Shown here: one piece after another, positions 9,866 to 21,845 of the stretch
How positions within the stretch are numbered: position 1 is the first letter of the stretch
Layout: each line of letters starts with the position of its first letter
Origin: Candidatus Lambdaproteobacteria bacterium
Lineage (GTDB): Bacteria; SAR324; JACQKK01
DNA: 41,404 bases
Direction of reading: 5' to 3'
NCBI GenBank assembly: GCA_016199125.1
Contig: JACQHH010000181.1
Span: 1-41,404 of the forward strand
Translations under genes and position numbers: made by a program
Notes under the pieces: model-generated
Seen by the model: the letters and a program-made list of their open reading frames with translations, nothing else
The model's database searches: none
What the model was told of the DNA's origin: nothing

Positions 9866-10759
9866 CTACACGCGCAGCTTGGGGTCCAACACGTCGCGCA
9901 GGGCATCGCCGAACAGATTGAAGGCGAACACGGAAGCCGTGATCGCCAGCCCCGGGAAAATTGGCATCCAGGGCGCGCTTTCCGCGTACTGCTCGGCGCC
10001 GCCCTGCAGCATGAGGCCCCAGGCCGGGGTGGGTTCCTGCACCCCCAGCCCGAGAAACGAGAGCGACGCCTCCAGCAGGATCGCCTGCCCCATGAAGGAG
10101 GTGAGCATGATCAGGTAGGGCGCCACCACATTGGGCAGCATGTGGCGGAAGACGATGCGCGAGTGACTGAAGCCCAGCGCCCGGGCCGCGTCCACGTAGG
10201 GCACCTCGCGCAGCACCAGGGCGCTGGAGCGCACCACGCGCGCGCAGCGCGGCACCATGGGGATCGTGATGGCGACGATCACGTTGTTCACCCCCGAGCC
10301 GAACACCGAGACGATGGCCAGGGCCAGCACGATCAGCGGAAAGGACATGAACACGTCCAGCAGCCGCTGGATGGTACTGTCCACCCAGCCTTTGAAATAG
10401 GCGCTGGCCACGCCGATCACGAGCCCGAGCGTGGCCCCGGCGAACGAGGCCACGAAGCCCACCAGCATGGCGGTGCGGGCGCCGAAGATGATGCGCGAAA
10501 GGATGTCCCGGCCGAAATCGTCCGTTCCGAACCAGTGGGACAGCGAAGGGGGCGTCATCATCGCGGCGTAATCCGGCGTCAACGGATCGAAGGGCGCGAT
10601 GAAACGCGCCCCCGCCGCCGCCAGGATGAACAGCAGCACGATCAGCATGCCGGCCGCGCCCAGCGGCTGGCCGCGCGCGAACCGCAGCAGGGCGCCGCCG
10701 CCGCGCTGCAGCCGGCCGGCCAGCACGATCCCGCTCCACGGGGCAGCGACTTCGGTCAT
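9866..10759 (-). CDS. dppC: Dipeptide/oligopeptide/nickel-family ABC permease (DppC/OppC)
   Basis: HWFGTDDFGRDILSRIIFGAR, EAA loop YVDAARALG, LEASLSFLGLG, NLFGDALRD. Confidence 0.93.
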   Translation of the reverse strand: MTEVAAPWSGIVLAGRLQRGGGALLRFARGQPLGAAGMLIVLLFILAAAGARFIAPFDPLTPDYAAMMTPPSLSHWFGTDDFGRDILSRIIFGARTAMLVGFVASFAGATLGLVIGVASAYFKGWVDSTIQRLLDVFMSFPLIVLALAIVSVFGSGVNNVIVAITIPMVPRCARVVRSSALVLREVPYVDAARALGFSHSRIVFRHMLPNVVAPYLIMLTSFMGQAILLEASLSFLGLGVQEPTPAWGLMLQGGAEQYAESAPWMPIFPGLAITASVFAFNLFGDALRDVLDPKLRV

Positions 10760-10774
10760 AGGCCCTCCGCTCGA

Positions 10775-11728
10775 TTACCGGTAGTACACGCGCGGATCGA
10801 TCCAGGCGTAGAGGATGTCCACGACCAGATTCGTCACGATGAAGACCATCGCCACCAGCATCACCAGCGCCTGCACCATCGTGTAGTCGTGGTTGCCCAC
10901 GGCCTTGACGAACAGCAGGCCGATGCCGTTGAGATTGAACACCTGCTCGGTGACCACCAGGCCCCCCAGCAGAAAGGCGAACTCGAGCCCGATCACGGTG
11001 ATGATGGGCAGCAGGGCGTTCTTCACGGCGTGCCGCACGAGCACGATGCGCTCGCGCAGGCCCTTGGCGCGCGCCGTGCGCACGTGATCCTCGCGCAGCA
11101 CCTCCAGCACCGCGGAGCGCGTCATGCGCGTGGCGACCGCGGAATAGCGGTAGCCGGTCGCCAGCGCCGGCCAGATCAGTTGCGTCAGGTTCGCCACCGG
11201 ATCCACCCAGATCGGCGTGTAGCGGATGGGCGGCATCCACTGGAAGAAGATCAGGAAGCCCAGGATCATGAGGATGCCCAGCCAGAACGACGGCGTGGCC
11301 AGCCCCGCGATGGAAAACACGCGCACCGCATAGTCGATCAGCGTGTCCTGCTTCAACGCCGACAACGTGCCCAGGGGAATCGCCAGCAGCGTGGCCAGCA
11401 GCGTGGCCATGATGGCGATCTGCAGCGACAGGCCGAAGCGCAGTCCGATTTCATAGGAAATCGGCTGCCCGGTCCACATGGAGATGCCGAAGTCGAAGCG
11501 CGCGATGCCCACGATCCAGTGCACGAATTGCCAGACCAGGGACTGGTCCAGCCCCAGCCGGGACCGCTCCTGGGCCATCATCTCTTCGGTCACTCCGCCC
11601 CCCTCGCCGGCGAAGCGGATTTCCACGATGTCGCCCGGAATCAGGCGCATGAGGATGAAGATCAGCACGGCCACCCCCAGCAGGGTGGGAATCATGAGCA
11701 GCACGCGCCGGATCACATAGCGCAACAT
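10775..11728 (-). CDS. dppB: Dipeptide/oligopeptide-family ABC permease (DppB/OppB)
   Basis: IPGD, FDFGIS, PSFWLG, RTARAKGL, TEQVFNLNGIG, DILYAWIDPR. Confidence 0.93.
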   Translation of the reverse strand: MLRYVIRRVLLMIPTLLGVAVLIFILMRLIPGDIVEIRFAGEGGGVTEEMMAQERSRLGLDQSLVWQFVHWIVGIARFDFGISMWTGQPISYEIGLRFGLSLQIAIMATLLATLLAIPLGTLSALKQDTLIDYAVRVFSIAGLATPSFWLGILMILGFLIFFQWMPPIRYTPIWVDPVANLTQLIWPALATGYRYSAVATRMTRSAVLEVLREDHVRTARAKGLRERIVLVRHAVKNALLPIITVIGLEFAFLLGGLVVTEQVFNLNGIGLLFVKAVGNHDYTMVQALVMLVAMVFIVTNLVVDILYAWIDPRVYYR

Positions 11729-11807
11729 GAGTCACCGCAAGACGGCCCGGACGGACGGCCGCAAGGCGCCGGCCGTCCGGGCGGATGGGCGGGTGACGCG
11801 GGCCGGC

Positions 11808-13418
11808 CTACTCCTCCAGCCACACGTTTCCCAGGTCCTGGTTGAGGTAGTGGCTGGGGGTGATCTTCCAGCCCTTCACCTTGCTGCTGTGGGGGATGAT
11901 GCGGTGCCACCACAGCGTGGGGATGTAATGGCCCTGGTCGATGAGGCGCTGCTGCATCTGCATCAGCAGGGCCTTCTGCCTGGCCGGGTCGGATTCGCGC
12001 ATCTGCCGCTCGTACAGGTCGTCCAGCACGCGGTCGATGTATTTGCCGTTGTTGGACTTGCCGATGTCCGCCGAGATGAACAGGCTCACGTCCAAGGTGG
12101 GGTTGATCAGCGTCTGGCAGTTGAAGTCGATGGAGACGTCGAATTCCTGGGGCGCCGGGCTGCGCAGCACCTTGAAGAAGGGTCCGGTGGGCTGCACCCA
12201 TTGCTCCACGTCCAGGCCGATCTGCCGCCACTGGTCGACCAGCCAGGTGCCGACGATCTTGTAGGGCTGGTCCACGTCGCGGTTGTGCAGCTTGAACTTG
12301 AAGCCCTGCGGCACGCCGGCCTCGGCCAGCAGCTTGCGGGCCTTGGCCCGGTTGGCTGCGATGTCCTTGCCAAAGCCCTCGAGCTGTTCCAGCTCGGCCT
12401 CGGTCGGGGCCAGCGCATGCCCGGGAAACACGATGCCGCCCACGGTCTTCACGATGGCGATGCGGGACAGGAACTGCGAGCCGCCCCTGCGGTCCATGGC
12501 CAGGCTGAGCGCGCGCCGCACGCGGGCATCGTCGAAGGGCTTCTTGTGCGGATTGGGCACCACGTACAGGCCGCAGTTCCAGGTGCTCTCCTGCACGGTG
12601 ATCTTGTCGCCCAGGGCACGCACCAGGTCGTCGCGGGCCGCGGGCGAAAAGCCGCGGAACTCGATGTGCGCGCGCTCGCCGCGAATGGCCTGCACGCGCA
12701 CACTCTCCTTGCTGGCGAAGATGGCCTCGTACCCGTCCAGGGAGGGCTGGCCCGCACGGTAATAGCTCTCGTTGCGCTCACCGACCCAGTTGGCGCCCGG
12801 CGAGCGGGATTTGAACTTGAAGGGCCCGGAGCCCAGCACGTTCTTCTCGTACCAGTGAATGTCCTGGGCCAGCTTGTCGGCGCTGTAGAGGAAATTGAAC
12901 GGCACCGCCAGGGCGGGCATGAACGCCGGGCTGGCGAACTTGAGCTTGAACACCACGGTGTACTCGTCGGGATTCTCCACCGCATCGACCATCAGGTAAT
13001 ACGCCTGGCGCGCGCTGAGCACGCCCTCGGGCGGGAAGATGATCTTGCGGTACGTGGCCACGACGTCGCGGGCCGTCAGCGGCGTGCCGTCCCAGAACTT
13101 CACATCGCGGCGCAGCTTGAAGGTGTAGGTCTTCTTGTCGCCGCTGACCGTCCAGCTTTGCGCCACGTCGCCCACGATGTCGCCGCTGGCGGGCTCCTGC
13201 GGATCGACGCGCACCAGCACGCTGTAATGCGGTGCGATGGGGTGGATCAGGGCAAAGGTGGTCTCGCGGTGCCCGTCAAAGCTGGGGGGCTCGTCGGGCA
13301 CCACCATCACCAGCGTTCCGCCGCGCTTCTGCGCCAGCACGTCCATGGCCCCCACGCTCGTCAGGCCCAGCGCGACCAGGGCACCCAGCAGCCCGTTCAG
13401 GATTCGATGCCAGTTCAT
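11808..13418 (-). CDS. Family 5 ABC substrate-binding protein (DppA/OppA-like)
   Basis: Signal peptide, KRGGTL, 'WTVSGDKKTYTFKLRRDVKFWDGTPLTARDV', GSGPFK, PFDDARVRRALSLA. GGAG RBS before ATG 13418. Confidence 0.92.
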   Translation of the reverse strand: MNWHRILNGLLGALVALGLTSVGAMDVLAQKRGGTLVMVVPDEPPSFDGHRETTFALIHPIAPHYSVLVRVDPQEPASGDIVGDVAQSWTVSGDKKTYTFKLRRDVKFWDGTPLTARDVVATYRKIIFPPEGVLSARQAYYLMVDAVENPDEYTVVFKLKFASPAFMPALAVPFNFLYSADKLAQDIHWYEKNVLGSGPFKFKSRSPGANWVGERNESYYRAGQPSLDGYEAIFASKESVRVQAIRGERAHIEFRGFSPAARDDLVRALGDKITVQESTWNCGLYVVPNPHKKPFDDARVRRALSLAMDRRGGSQFLSRIAIVKTVGGIVFPGHALAPTEAELEQLEGFGKDIAANRAKARKLLAEAGVPQGFKFKLHNRDVDQPYKIVGTWLVDQWRQIGLDVEQWVQPTGPFFKVLRSPAPQEFDVSIDFNCQTLINPTLDVSLFISADIGKSNNGKYIDRVLDDLYERQMRESDPARQKALLMQMQQRLIDQGHYIPTLWWHRIIPHSSKVKGWKITPSHYLNQDLGNVWLEE

Positions 13419-13686
13419 CTCGAGCACTCCTCTGCAGAAATTAACCTCGTGGGCCACGCCAACTCGAGCGCCACCGCTGACTGCCGGTCGATCGTCGCGT
13501 GTGCTCGCCCCCCTTAATGCCGCGGCTCCCGCGGATGCGGTGGAGCCGCGCGCGCCCCGCACCGCGGCGCGACGAACGTTTCCGCCGTGGCCCGGCGGCC
13601 CTGCCCTGGCCGCGACACCGGCCCGCGCAACCCCGCCCCGGCGATGCGGGCGCTCCCGCGCCCCGCCGGTTCCCCCGCCGCGCGGC

Positions 13687-14697
13687 CTACACGTGATGGC
13701 AGGCCACCTGGTGGCCCGCGGCGATGTCCCGAAACACGGGCACCACGCGCCGGCAGATGTCGGTCGCCAGCGGGCAGCGCGGATGGAACACGCAGCCGCC
13801 CGGCGGGTTCAGCGGCGAGGGCACTTCGCCCTGCAGCAGCAGCGGCTCCCGCCGCGACTCCACGTCCGGGTCCGGAATGGGCACCACGGACAGCAGCGCC
13901 TGCGTGTAAGGATGCCGCGGATGGTCGTACAGCTCGCCGGAGCCGGCCAGTTCCATGATCTTGCCCAGGTACATCACGGCCACCCGGTCGCTGATGTGCC
14001 GCACCACCGCCAGGTCGTGGGAGATGAACAGATACGTCAGCCCGAACTCCCGCTGCAGCGTCTCCAGCAGGTTGATGATCTGCGCCTGGATGGACACATC
14101 GAGGGCCGAGACGGCCTCGTCGCACACGATAAACATGGGATTCATGGACAGCGCCCGCGCGATGCCCACCCGCTGCCGCTGTCCCCCGCTCAACTCGTGA
14201 GGATAGCGGCCGTAGACGTCGTCCGCGAGCCCGGTGAGGCCCAGCAGCTCGCGCACCCGCGCCTCGGTCTGCCGGGCGTTGCGGGTCAGCCGGTGCACGG
14301 CCGGCCCCTCGCCGACGATCTGCCCGATCGTCATGCGCGGATTGAGGGAGCTGTAAGGATCCTGGAAGATGACCTGGATCTTGCGGCGCACGGCGATCAG
14401 CGCGCGGTGCGAGAGGGCGCCCAGCTCCCGGCCTTCGAAGCGGATGCTGCCGGCGCTGGAGGGCGTCAGACGCAGAATGCAACGGCCCGTGGTGGTCTTG
14501 CCGCACCCCGACTCGCCCACCAGGCCCAGCGTTTCGCCGCGCCGGATGGAAAAGCTGATGCCGTCCACGGCCTTCACCGTGCCGGTGCGGCGCCGGAAGA
14601 CGATGCCCTGGGACACGGGAAAATGCACCCGCAGGTCCGCCACGTCCAGCAACACGGGCTGCGCCTGCGCCGGAGATGCCATTTGCGTCGCGTTCAT
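13687..14697 (-). CDS. dppF: Oligopeptide ABC ATP-binding protein (DppF/OppF)
   Basis: [41 protein letters not shown]-terminal Cys motif [12 protein letters not shown]. Confidence 0.93.
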   Translation of the reverse strand: MNATQMASPAQAQPVLLDVADLRVHFPVSQGIVFRRRTGTVKAVDGISFSIRRGETLGLVGESGCGKTTTGRCILRLTPSSAGSIRFEGRELGALSHRALIAVRRKIQVIFQDPYSSLNPRMTIGQIVGEGPAVHRLTRNARQTEARVRELLGLTGLADDVYGRYPHELSGGQRQRVGIARALSMNPMFIVCDEAVSALDVSIQAQIINLLETLQREFGLTYLFISHDLAVVRHISDRVAVMYLGKIMELAGSGELYDHPRHPYTQALLSVVPIPDPDVESRREPLLLQGEVPSPLNPPGGCVFHPRCPLATDICRRVVPVFRDIAAGHQVACHHV

Positions 14698-14755
14698 GGG
14701 CTTGCCTGTCCATGGGCCCTTGCGCCGCCGGAGCGGAGGCGGCGCCGAGCCCGCA

Positions 14756-15754
<999 letters not shown>

Positions 15755-16059
15755 GCTTCCTCACCAGGCGTACAGGTGCGCGCACGCGGTCGCCGAATCG
15801 CGCACGGTGCACCGTCCCGTGGGGGCGGCGATCGCGGGCGAACCGGCGGCATCGTCAAAACCAGGGTCATGCTGCGTTGGCAGTCCCGCCGCGTGGGCGG
15901 GCACAAGGCGTCGACATGGAACACCCCCCCAACCTGCCGTCGTCCATCGTGAAGAATCCCTCTGCCGGATTCAAGCACAAATCCAGTGGGGAGGAAATCC
16001 GCCGGGATGCGCCCCCGCGCGCTGCCTTGTCCGTAGCCCGCGGCATGCGCCGTGCCGGA

Positions 16060-17277
16060 TCAGCGACGGGCGAACGCCAGCATCAGCAGGGGCCCCACCG
16101 CGGCGCCGGCGCCCATGGTCAGGAAGCCCGCGCCCCAGGATGGGCCGCCCGCTCCGCCGGCGACATCCAACGCGGCGCCCACCGCCAGAGGTCCGCAGAA
16201 CGCGCCCAGGAACCCGATGGCGGAGTGCACCGCCATGGTGGTGCCGCGCTTGTCCGGCCGCGCCTCGGCGATGGCCCCGCTGGTGAGTGACGCCGAATCG
16301 CCCGCGACCGTCAGCCCGTAGACCAGGCACATGGCCGCCACGGCCGAGCCCGGCAGCCAGGGCAGGAAGCCGACCGCCGCGGCCAGCAGCGCCGAGGCGC
16401 CCATCACCGCCGAGATCACCCGTTGCCGCCCGCAGCGGATGGACAGTTCGTTGCCGCCCACGCTGGCGGGCAGGCCCATCAGGTTCACCAGCGCGGCCAG
16501 CGTGGGCGGCGCGGCCAGCGCCCAGGAGGCGGGGTGGAGGCCCCGCGCGAACGTGAGATAGGCCACGATCCAGGCGCGCATGCCGAACAGTTCCCAGTTG
16601 TGCGCCGCATAGGCCAGGATATAGCCCATCGCGCTGCGGTTGCGCAGGACGTCGAGAAAATCGCGCAGCCGCAGTCCCCCGCCGCCGGCGCGTGCCTGGG
16701 GCGAAGGGGCGACGCGCCGCCACACCAGCAGGGTGGCCAGCAGGGGCCCTATCGCGGCCACTCCGAAGGCCCAATGCCAATCCCGCCACGCGGCCACCTG
16801 GCCCGCGAGATAATAGGAGGCGCTGGAGCCGATGCCGAAGCTGGCGGTGTAGAACGAGACGGCGCGCGCCTGGGTCTGTCCGGCGATGCGGTCGCTGAGG
16901 ATCTTCAGGCCGGGCATGTACGTGCCGGCCAACGCGATGCCGCCCGCGACCCGCAGGGCCGAGGCCGTCCAGAAGCCCTGCGCGAACAGCGCAAAGCCCG
17001 CCGTCGCGCCCAGGCTGAGCAGCATGCAGAACAGATAGATGCGCCGCGGGTCGATGCTGTCGGTCAGGCTCACCAGGATCAGCACGGCGGTCAGATAGCC
17101 GGCGAAGTACAGGCTGCTGATCCAGCCCGCGGCCACGTGGGTGAGCTGCCACTCGTCGATGAACGTGGGCAGCAGCGCGGGGAACGTGGCGATGGCGGAC
17201 ATGCTGGCGATTTCCGCGACGCACAGGGTCGCGATGAGAGCGACATCCCGCCGCCGCGCCCCCTCCTCTCCGCTCAT
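16060..17277 (-). CDS. MFS transporter
   Basis: About 12 hydrophobic segments, motif A-like 'SLTDSIDPRR', 'GTYMPGLKILSDR', 'HNWELFG'. Confidence 0.88.
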   Translation of the reverse strand: MSGEEGARRRDVALIATLCVAEIASMSAIATFPALLPTFIDEWQLTHVAAGWISSLYFAGYLTAVLILVSLTDSIDPRRIYLFCMLLSLGATAGFALFAQGFWTASALRVAGGIALAGTYMPGLKILSDRIAGQTQARAVSFYTASFGIGSSASYYLAGQVAAWRDWHWAFGVAAIGPLLATLLVWRRVAPSPQARAGGGGLRLRDFLDVLRNRSAMGYILAYAAHNWELFGMRAWIVAYLTFARGLHPASWALAAPPTLAALVNLMGLPASVGGNELSIRCGRQRVISAVMGASALLAAAVGFLPWLPGSAVAAMCLVYGLTVAGDSASLTSGAIAEARPDKRGTTMAVHSAIGFLGAFCGPLAVGAALDVAGGAGGPSWGAGFLTMGAGAAVGPLLMLAFARR

Positions 17278-17382
17278 GCCCCCTGCGCTCCCCGTTCCGC
17301 CGCGCCGGCCGTTGTCCGGGACGCCGCGCCGGCCGGTTCCCGCGCGCCGGGCCCAGGCACCGCACCGCGCCGACGCCGCACC

Positions 17383-17784
17383 CTAGAGCTGCACCGTGAC
17401 CGTGACGGTGCAGAAGGCCGTGGAACAGGTCTGCCGGCTCTTGCTCACGCCGTCCAGGTATATTTGTGCGGAAATGTCGCCCCAGGCGCAGCGATTCGTC
17501 ACGCCGAGCGCCAGCACCACGCCGCTCAGTTCGTCAGGATCGTAGGTGAACGCGGAAGACCAGGGCACGACTTGCTCGACACGCTGCTCCGTGCGGCCAT
17601 GGGCGTCCGTGGATTGGATGTCCGCCGCGCAGGCCGTGCCGGTGACCCAGTACTGGGCATCGCTGACGCTGCGCGTGTCGGCGCAGGCGCCCGCCAGCCA
17701 TCCACCCGCCAGCACGAGCGCCAGGCACAGTCCGTTGCGTGCCGCAAGTCCACCCGCTGCAAGCCTGACGCGGTGCATCAGCAT
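17383..17784 (-). CDS. Small putative lipoprotein with an MmpS-like beta domain
   Basis: Basic N-terminus, hydrophobic stretch, lipobox-like LAGAC. Mature region Y.VTG..ADI..D..G..Q....PWS...I.LDG. Start could be 17784 or 17778. Confidence 0.55.
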   Translation of the reverse strand: MLMHRVRLAAGGLAARNGLCLALVLAGGWLAGACADTRSVSDAQYWVTGTACAADIQSTDAHGRTEQRVEQVVPWSSAFTYDPDELSGVVLALGVTNRCAWGDISAQIYLDGVSKSRQTCSTAFCTVTVTVQL

Positions 17785-18043
17785 ATCGGTTTGCCGCCTG
17801 CTCGCTCCCGGCCAGCCCTGCCGCGCCGGGCCACGTATGACTGTGCAACGTCCGTCCGACCGGCGGCGCCGCGCTGGCGCATCGCCGCGCGCGCGCCGTC
17901 AACCCGGCGGGAAGCGCCATTGCGCGCCCGATCGACATCAGCCCCGGCCGGCGCGCGGGCGCGGGTCGATTCGCTCATGACAGGCTGGCGGGGGTGTTCG
18001 AGCGCAACGGAGCCGGCAGGGCGATCTGCCTGCCCCAGGACGT

Positions 18044-19225
18044 TCAGGCGAACGGATGCTGGGCCACCGCGGACTCGGCGCCGTACGCCACGCTCAGCGC
18101 CGCGCGATACGCCGCGATGGTCTGGTCCACGCAGCGCTTCCACGTATACTCGCGGGCCAGCTCAAATCCCGCCTGCTTCGCCGTCTGGCGAAAATCGTGA
18201 TCGTAGAGCAGCCGTTGCAGGCCGCGCGCAATGTCGTCCACGTCCAAGGGGTCGATCATGGCGGCGGCCCGGCCCACCACCTCGGGCATGGCGGAAACGT
18301 TGGAGGTCAGCACGGGCACGCCGCAGGCCATGGCTTCCAGCGGCGGCAGCCCAAACCCCTCGTAGAACGAGGGATAGGTGAATCCATAGGCGCCGGCATA
18401 AAGCATCGGCAGGGTCGCGGAGGGCACATAGCCCAGCCACAGCAGCTCCCCCTGGTCCTGCAGGGGCCGCATCCTGCTCTCGATCGACTCGGTCAGCCAG
18501 CCCTTGTGGCCGACCAGCACCAGCGGATGGGTGCGGCGCACGCTCTTGGGCAGGCTTGCAAAGGCCTGGATCAGTCCGGACAGGTTCTTTCTCGGCTCCA
18601 GCGTGCACACCGAAAGCAGGTAGGGCACGCCCGCCAACCCGTGTGGCTCCAGCACCGGCGTCAGCTCCGCTTCGCTGCGGGGGCGAAACTCTTCGCTGAC
18701 CCCCAGCGACACGATGGAGATGCGCTCCGGGGGCACGCCCATCATCCCCACCAGCTCCTGCCGAATGAACTCGGAGTGCGTGATCACCTGCGCCGCCTCG
18801 GCGACGGAACGCCCCAGGTGCTTCTCAAGCCGCTTCACGTTGACGCGCGGGTGAAAATGCGGATAGCGCAGGTGAGACAGGTCGGACACGGTGACCACGC
18901 TGGGTCCCGCGAAGCGCACGGCGATATAGTTGGGCTCGTGATAGAGGAAATCTTGTCCGGCCGTGGACTGGCGCAGCACGACTTCCGCGAGCTTGTCGCG
19001 TGCCTCGTAGGCGTAGGGCAGGCGCCGCACCGCATGGCGCACCCGGGCAGGGATCAAGGTCCTGATCGCGCTGCGATTCCTGGTCGGCACGCTGTGCATG
19101 CGCGAGAAGAATTGCAGCGAGGCCACTTCCGCTCGACTGGGCAGCGCTTCCGAAAGATGCAGGGTGTAGTTGCCGATGCCGGTGATCGGGGGCTTCAGTG
19201 AATCGATGTTCAGTATTACCTTCAC
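18044..19225 (-). CDS. Glycosyltransferase family 4 (MtfB/WbaZ-like)
   Basis: [35 protein letters not shown] (EX7E). GTG start. Confidence 0.92.
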   Translation of the reverse strand: MKVILNIDSLKPPITGIGNYTLHLSEALPSRAEVASLQFFSRMHSVPTRNRSAIRTLIPARVRHAVRRLPYAYEARDKLAEVVLRQSTAGQDFLYHEPNYIAVRFAGPSVVTVSDLSHLRYPHFHPRVNVKRLEKHLGRSVAEAAQVITHSEFIRQELVGMMGVPPERISIVSLGVSEEFRPRSEAELTPVLEPHGLAGVPYLLSVCTLEPRKNLSGLIQAFASLPKSVRRTHPLVLVGHKGWLTESIESRMRPLQDQGELLWLGYVPSATLPMLYAGAYGFTYPSFYEGFGLPPLEAMACGVPVLTSNVSAMPEVVGRAAAMIDPLDVDDIARGLQRLLYDHDFRQTAKQAGFELAREYTWKRCVDQTIAAYRAALSVAYGAESAVAQHPFA

Positions 19226-19307
19226 GTAAGACCCTGAATCAATTAGGTGCCGCGGCCGAAGTCGCCATACCCAAGCCCCGTTACCGGGTCAGCAAAAGAA
19301 GAGTTTC

Positions 19308-19336
19308 AACTAACAGTTCACGCCGCGGCATGTCAA
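19308..19336 (-). promoter_or_regulatory. Possible sigma70 promoter for the GT4 gene
   Basis: Perfect TTGACA (19336-19331), then a 17-bp spacer and a weak -10 (TTAGTT) in an AT-richer intergenic stretch. Confidence 0.35.
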
Positions 19337-19765
19337 TGCGGAAAACGCCACTGCGACAGCGGAGTGTGGTGACGTCGGCCCAGTTGGCCGAAACCGGCAT
19401 GGCCTGCGTCCCTGGCTCGTGTTCGTTGCGCGATTGTCGCAAGTGCCGGTTTGTTGCGCTGGATGCCGATCCCTGTAAAAGCAAGGACCGATGCTAGCAC
19501 GAAAGGGGCGCTATTCCTAGCGGCTTTTTCGCCCCCGCCGGCACGGGTCGTGGGTGCGAGCCGCGGGAAATCCTGGGATTTGCCGGGAGCAGCTTCCACC
19601 GGAGGAAAAAGGCGCTACAGTGGGAACAGGCGGTCTGCCGCGCGGCGCTCGTTGCCGGGGATCTGCCGGGAACGCGGCACTCCCGCCCGGCGTGCGCAGG
19701 GAGTCGCGGGTGCCGCGCAAGCCCCCACGCCGGGATCGGGCGCGGCCCCAGGCAGCCACCGTCGC

Positions 19766-19794
19766 TTGACGCTCCGCATGGCCTCGGTTAAACG
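19766..19794 (+). promoter_or_regulatory. Probable sigma70 promoter for tRNA-Val
   Basis: TTGACG-N17-TAAACG, ending 17 bp before the tRNA 5' end. Confidence 0.5.
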
Positions 19795-19811
19795 TACAGA
19801 CATTGGAAATC

Positions 19812-19883
<72 letters not shown>

Positions 19884-19888
19884 TGCCG

Positions 19889-19912
19889 GATTGGCGGCTG
19901 GCCCCGCCCAAT
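19889..19912 (+). terminator. Stem-loop after the tRNA (terminator or processing hairpin)
   Basis: GATTGGCGG-ctggcc-CCGCCAATC, perfect 9-bp stem, but no U-tract. Confidence 0.4.
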
Positions 19913-20437
19913 CAGTCTCCAGGATGCCGGAGCAGGACGATCGGCAGGCGAGCGGGGCGCCGCCCCGGGACCGTTCACGCTCACGATCCCATCCCGTTGA
20001 AAGCGTCGCTGCATTGCGTCACGGCACGGCTCATGAGGAGGCTGCTGCGCCGGCGCCGCGGCAATCGCTGCAAACAGGTCTACGGCAGGACGCCCAAGGG
20101 CCTCGCGTTCCACGCTCATTCTGGAAGAGGACTCGCAGCCGTGCGGCGCTCATGAAGACCCTGGTTCAGGCTGTGCGCTTTTGCACCGTGTTGCGCATGA
20201 CAGTGACCGGACGATTTCGCCGGTTTTGGGCCAGGTGAGCCGCGCGCGCCGGAATTGTCTCCCTGCGCAAGGCACAGGTCGATCCGAGCGCCGGAATACG
20301 GGAACGGATTCCGCGCGCGCCAGGTGCGGTCGGCGGCGGCGTGCAGGGGCGGAATCCTGTGCATGAAATGTTGCAGCAGAGTGTGGCGATCAACTTCCCG
20401 CGTAAAAGCCGATACTCCATGGGATCATTATTGCGCG

Positions 20438-21460
20438 ATGAGCATTAACCATAGGTTGCTGCGCAGTGCCCGGGAGTTCTATCGGCGCCTTCCTGTTCCC
20501 TTGCGCTGGAAACAGCACTACTTGTTACCGACTATCTTTCGTTTGACGGGCGGATACTTCCGGGGCACCGGAGCCTATCAGAAATGGATCAGCGAGCGAA
20601 ATACCCCGCAATTCGATCACCTTGCCGATACGTATTATCGGCAGCTCATGTCCAACGGAAATCTTGCATTCAAGCTACAGGATCATACACCAAAAATATC
20701 GATTATCATCCTATCGTTTGGGCAGAGCAAATACACGTTGGCCTGCCTGCAATCGGTCAGTGTACATACCGCACCGGCACCGCCTTTTGAGGTCCTGGTA
20801 TTCGACAATGGCAGCAGCGCGGAGCATCTGGAGCGCATCGAAAAATATTCCTCGTCCCTGTGCCTGCTGCGCTCCGAAGAGAATCTTGGCTTCGCCAAGG
20901 GTTGCAATGCCGCGGCGGCACACGCACGGGGCGAATATCTTCTGTTCCTCAACAACGATACGCTCGTCACGCCGGGCTGGCTCACCGCCCTGCTGCACGT
21001 CATGCAGGCCCACGCCGATGCGGGCATTGTCGGTCCGAAGCTGATGTATGCCGATGGGACGTTGCAGGAGGCCGGGGCAAAGGTCCTGCAGGACGGCCAT
21101 GTGGAGCAGCGGGGCAAAGCCGACGATGCGCACCGGCCAATCTACAATCGCTGCGAAGCGGTACCGTATTGTACCGGCGCGGCGATACTCGTGCGCCGGG
21201 ACATCTTCCGGGCGGTTGACGGATTTGACGAATCGTATGCTCCCGCGTACTACGAGGACGCGGACTTGTGCTTCAAATTCCGCCAGGCCGGATATGAGAC
21301 GTACTATAGTCCCGATGCACTGGTGATTCACCGGGAAGGTGGCACGAGCCAGTCCATGTGGGGGGACAGCGGTGTCGCGGCGGTGGTGGAGCGGAATCGT
21401 CTGCGCTTTCTCGGCAAGTGGAAAGGCGAGCTCCAGCAGCACGCAAAGAAGTCGCGCTAG
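20438..21460 (+). CDS. Glycosyltransferase family 2
   Basis: ISIIILSF, VFDNGS, NLGFAKGCN, FLNNDT, GIVGPKL, YYEDADLC, HREG. The 5' part is AT-rich; start uncertain. Confidence 0.9.
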   Translation: MSINHRLLRSAREFYRRLPVPLRWKQHYLLPTIFRLTGGYFRGTGAYQKWISERNTPQFDHLADTYYRQLMSNGNLAFKLQDHTPKISIIILSFGQSKYTLACLQSVSVHTAPAPPFEVLVFDNGSSAEHLERIEKYSSSLCLLRSEENLGFAKGCNAAAAHARGEYLLFLNNDTLVTPGWLTALLHVMQAHADAGIVGPKLMYADGTLQEAGAKVLQDGHVEQRGKADDAHRPIYNRCEAVPYCTGAAILVRRDIFRAVDGFDESYAPAYYEDADLCFKFRQAGYETYYSPDALVIHREGGTSQSMWGDSGVAAVVERNRLRFLGKWKGELQQHAKKSR

Positions 21461-21609
21461 GCTTTGTCTGAAAAGGCAACCGCCGCCCTTGTATGTCTGT
21501 ACCAGCCCGTCTCGAAGGGCGCGAACCCGCATTGCTGGCGCCGTGGCCTTCGAGACAGCCGCCATTGGCGGCTTCCTCAGGCACACGGTATTTATTCCCA
21601 AACAGAGCT
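21460..21609. mobile_element. MITE-like element (TIR family A) carrying CTTCGAGAC-type REP arms
   Basis: TA|GGCTTTGTCTGAAAA ... TTCCCAAACAGAGCT|TA (10/15 inverted match). Begins on the GT2 stop codon. Internal GTCTCGAAGG / CCTTCGAGAC..CCTCAGG. Confidence 0.65.
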
Positions 21610-21845
21610 TAGCCGGCCTTGCGCCACATTCCCCTGCGGCACGTTCCCCCGCGGCCGGATTCGCCCCCCTCCCCTCCCCCCGAAAAGAGCACATCCTCCA
21701 GCCTGCCCGACGCCTTGCCCGCCGCCGCGGCCGCCTGGGGCGCCCGGCCGCCGTTCCCTTCCACGGCCCCTGACGGTTTCTGTTGAAGACGCCTTCCAAG
21801 CGCGATAGGAGTGTCCAACCGGCCATCCGCCGAGCGGGCCGCAAT

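Noticed and set aside
9300-11240. 646-aa ORF as a large PilZ fusion
   Set aside because: The upstream ~500 codons overlap dppB/dppC in another frame and are low-complexity Arg/Ala/Gly. Only 9300-9713 looks like protein.
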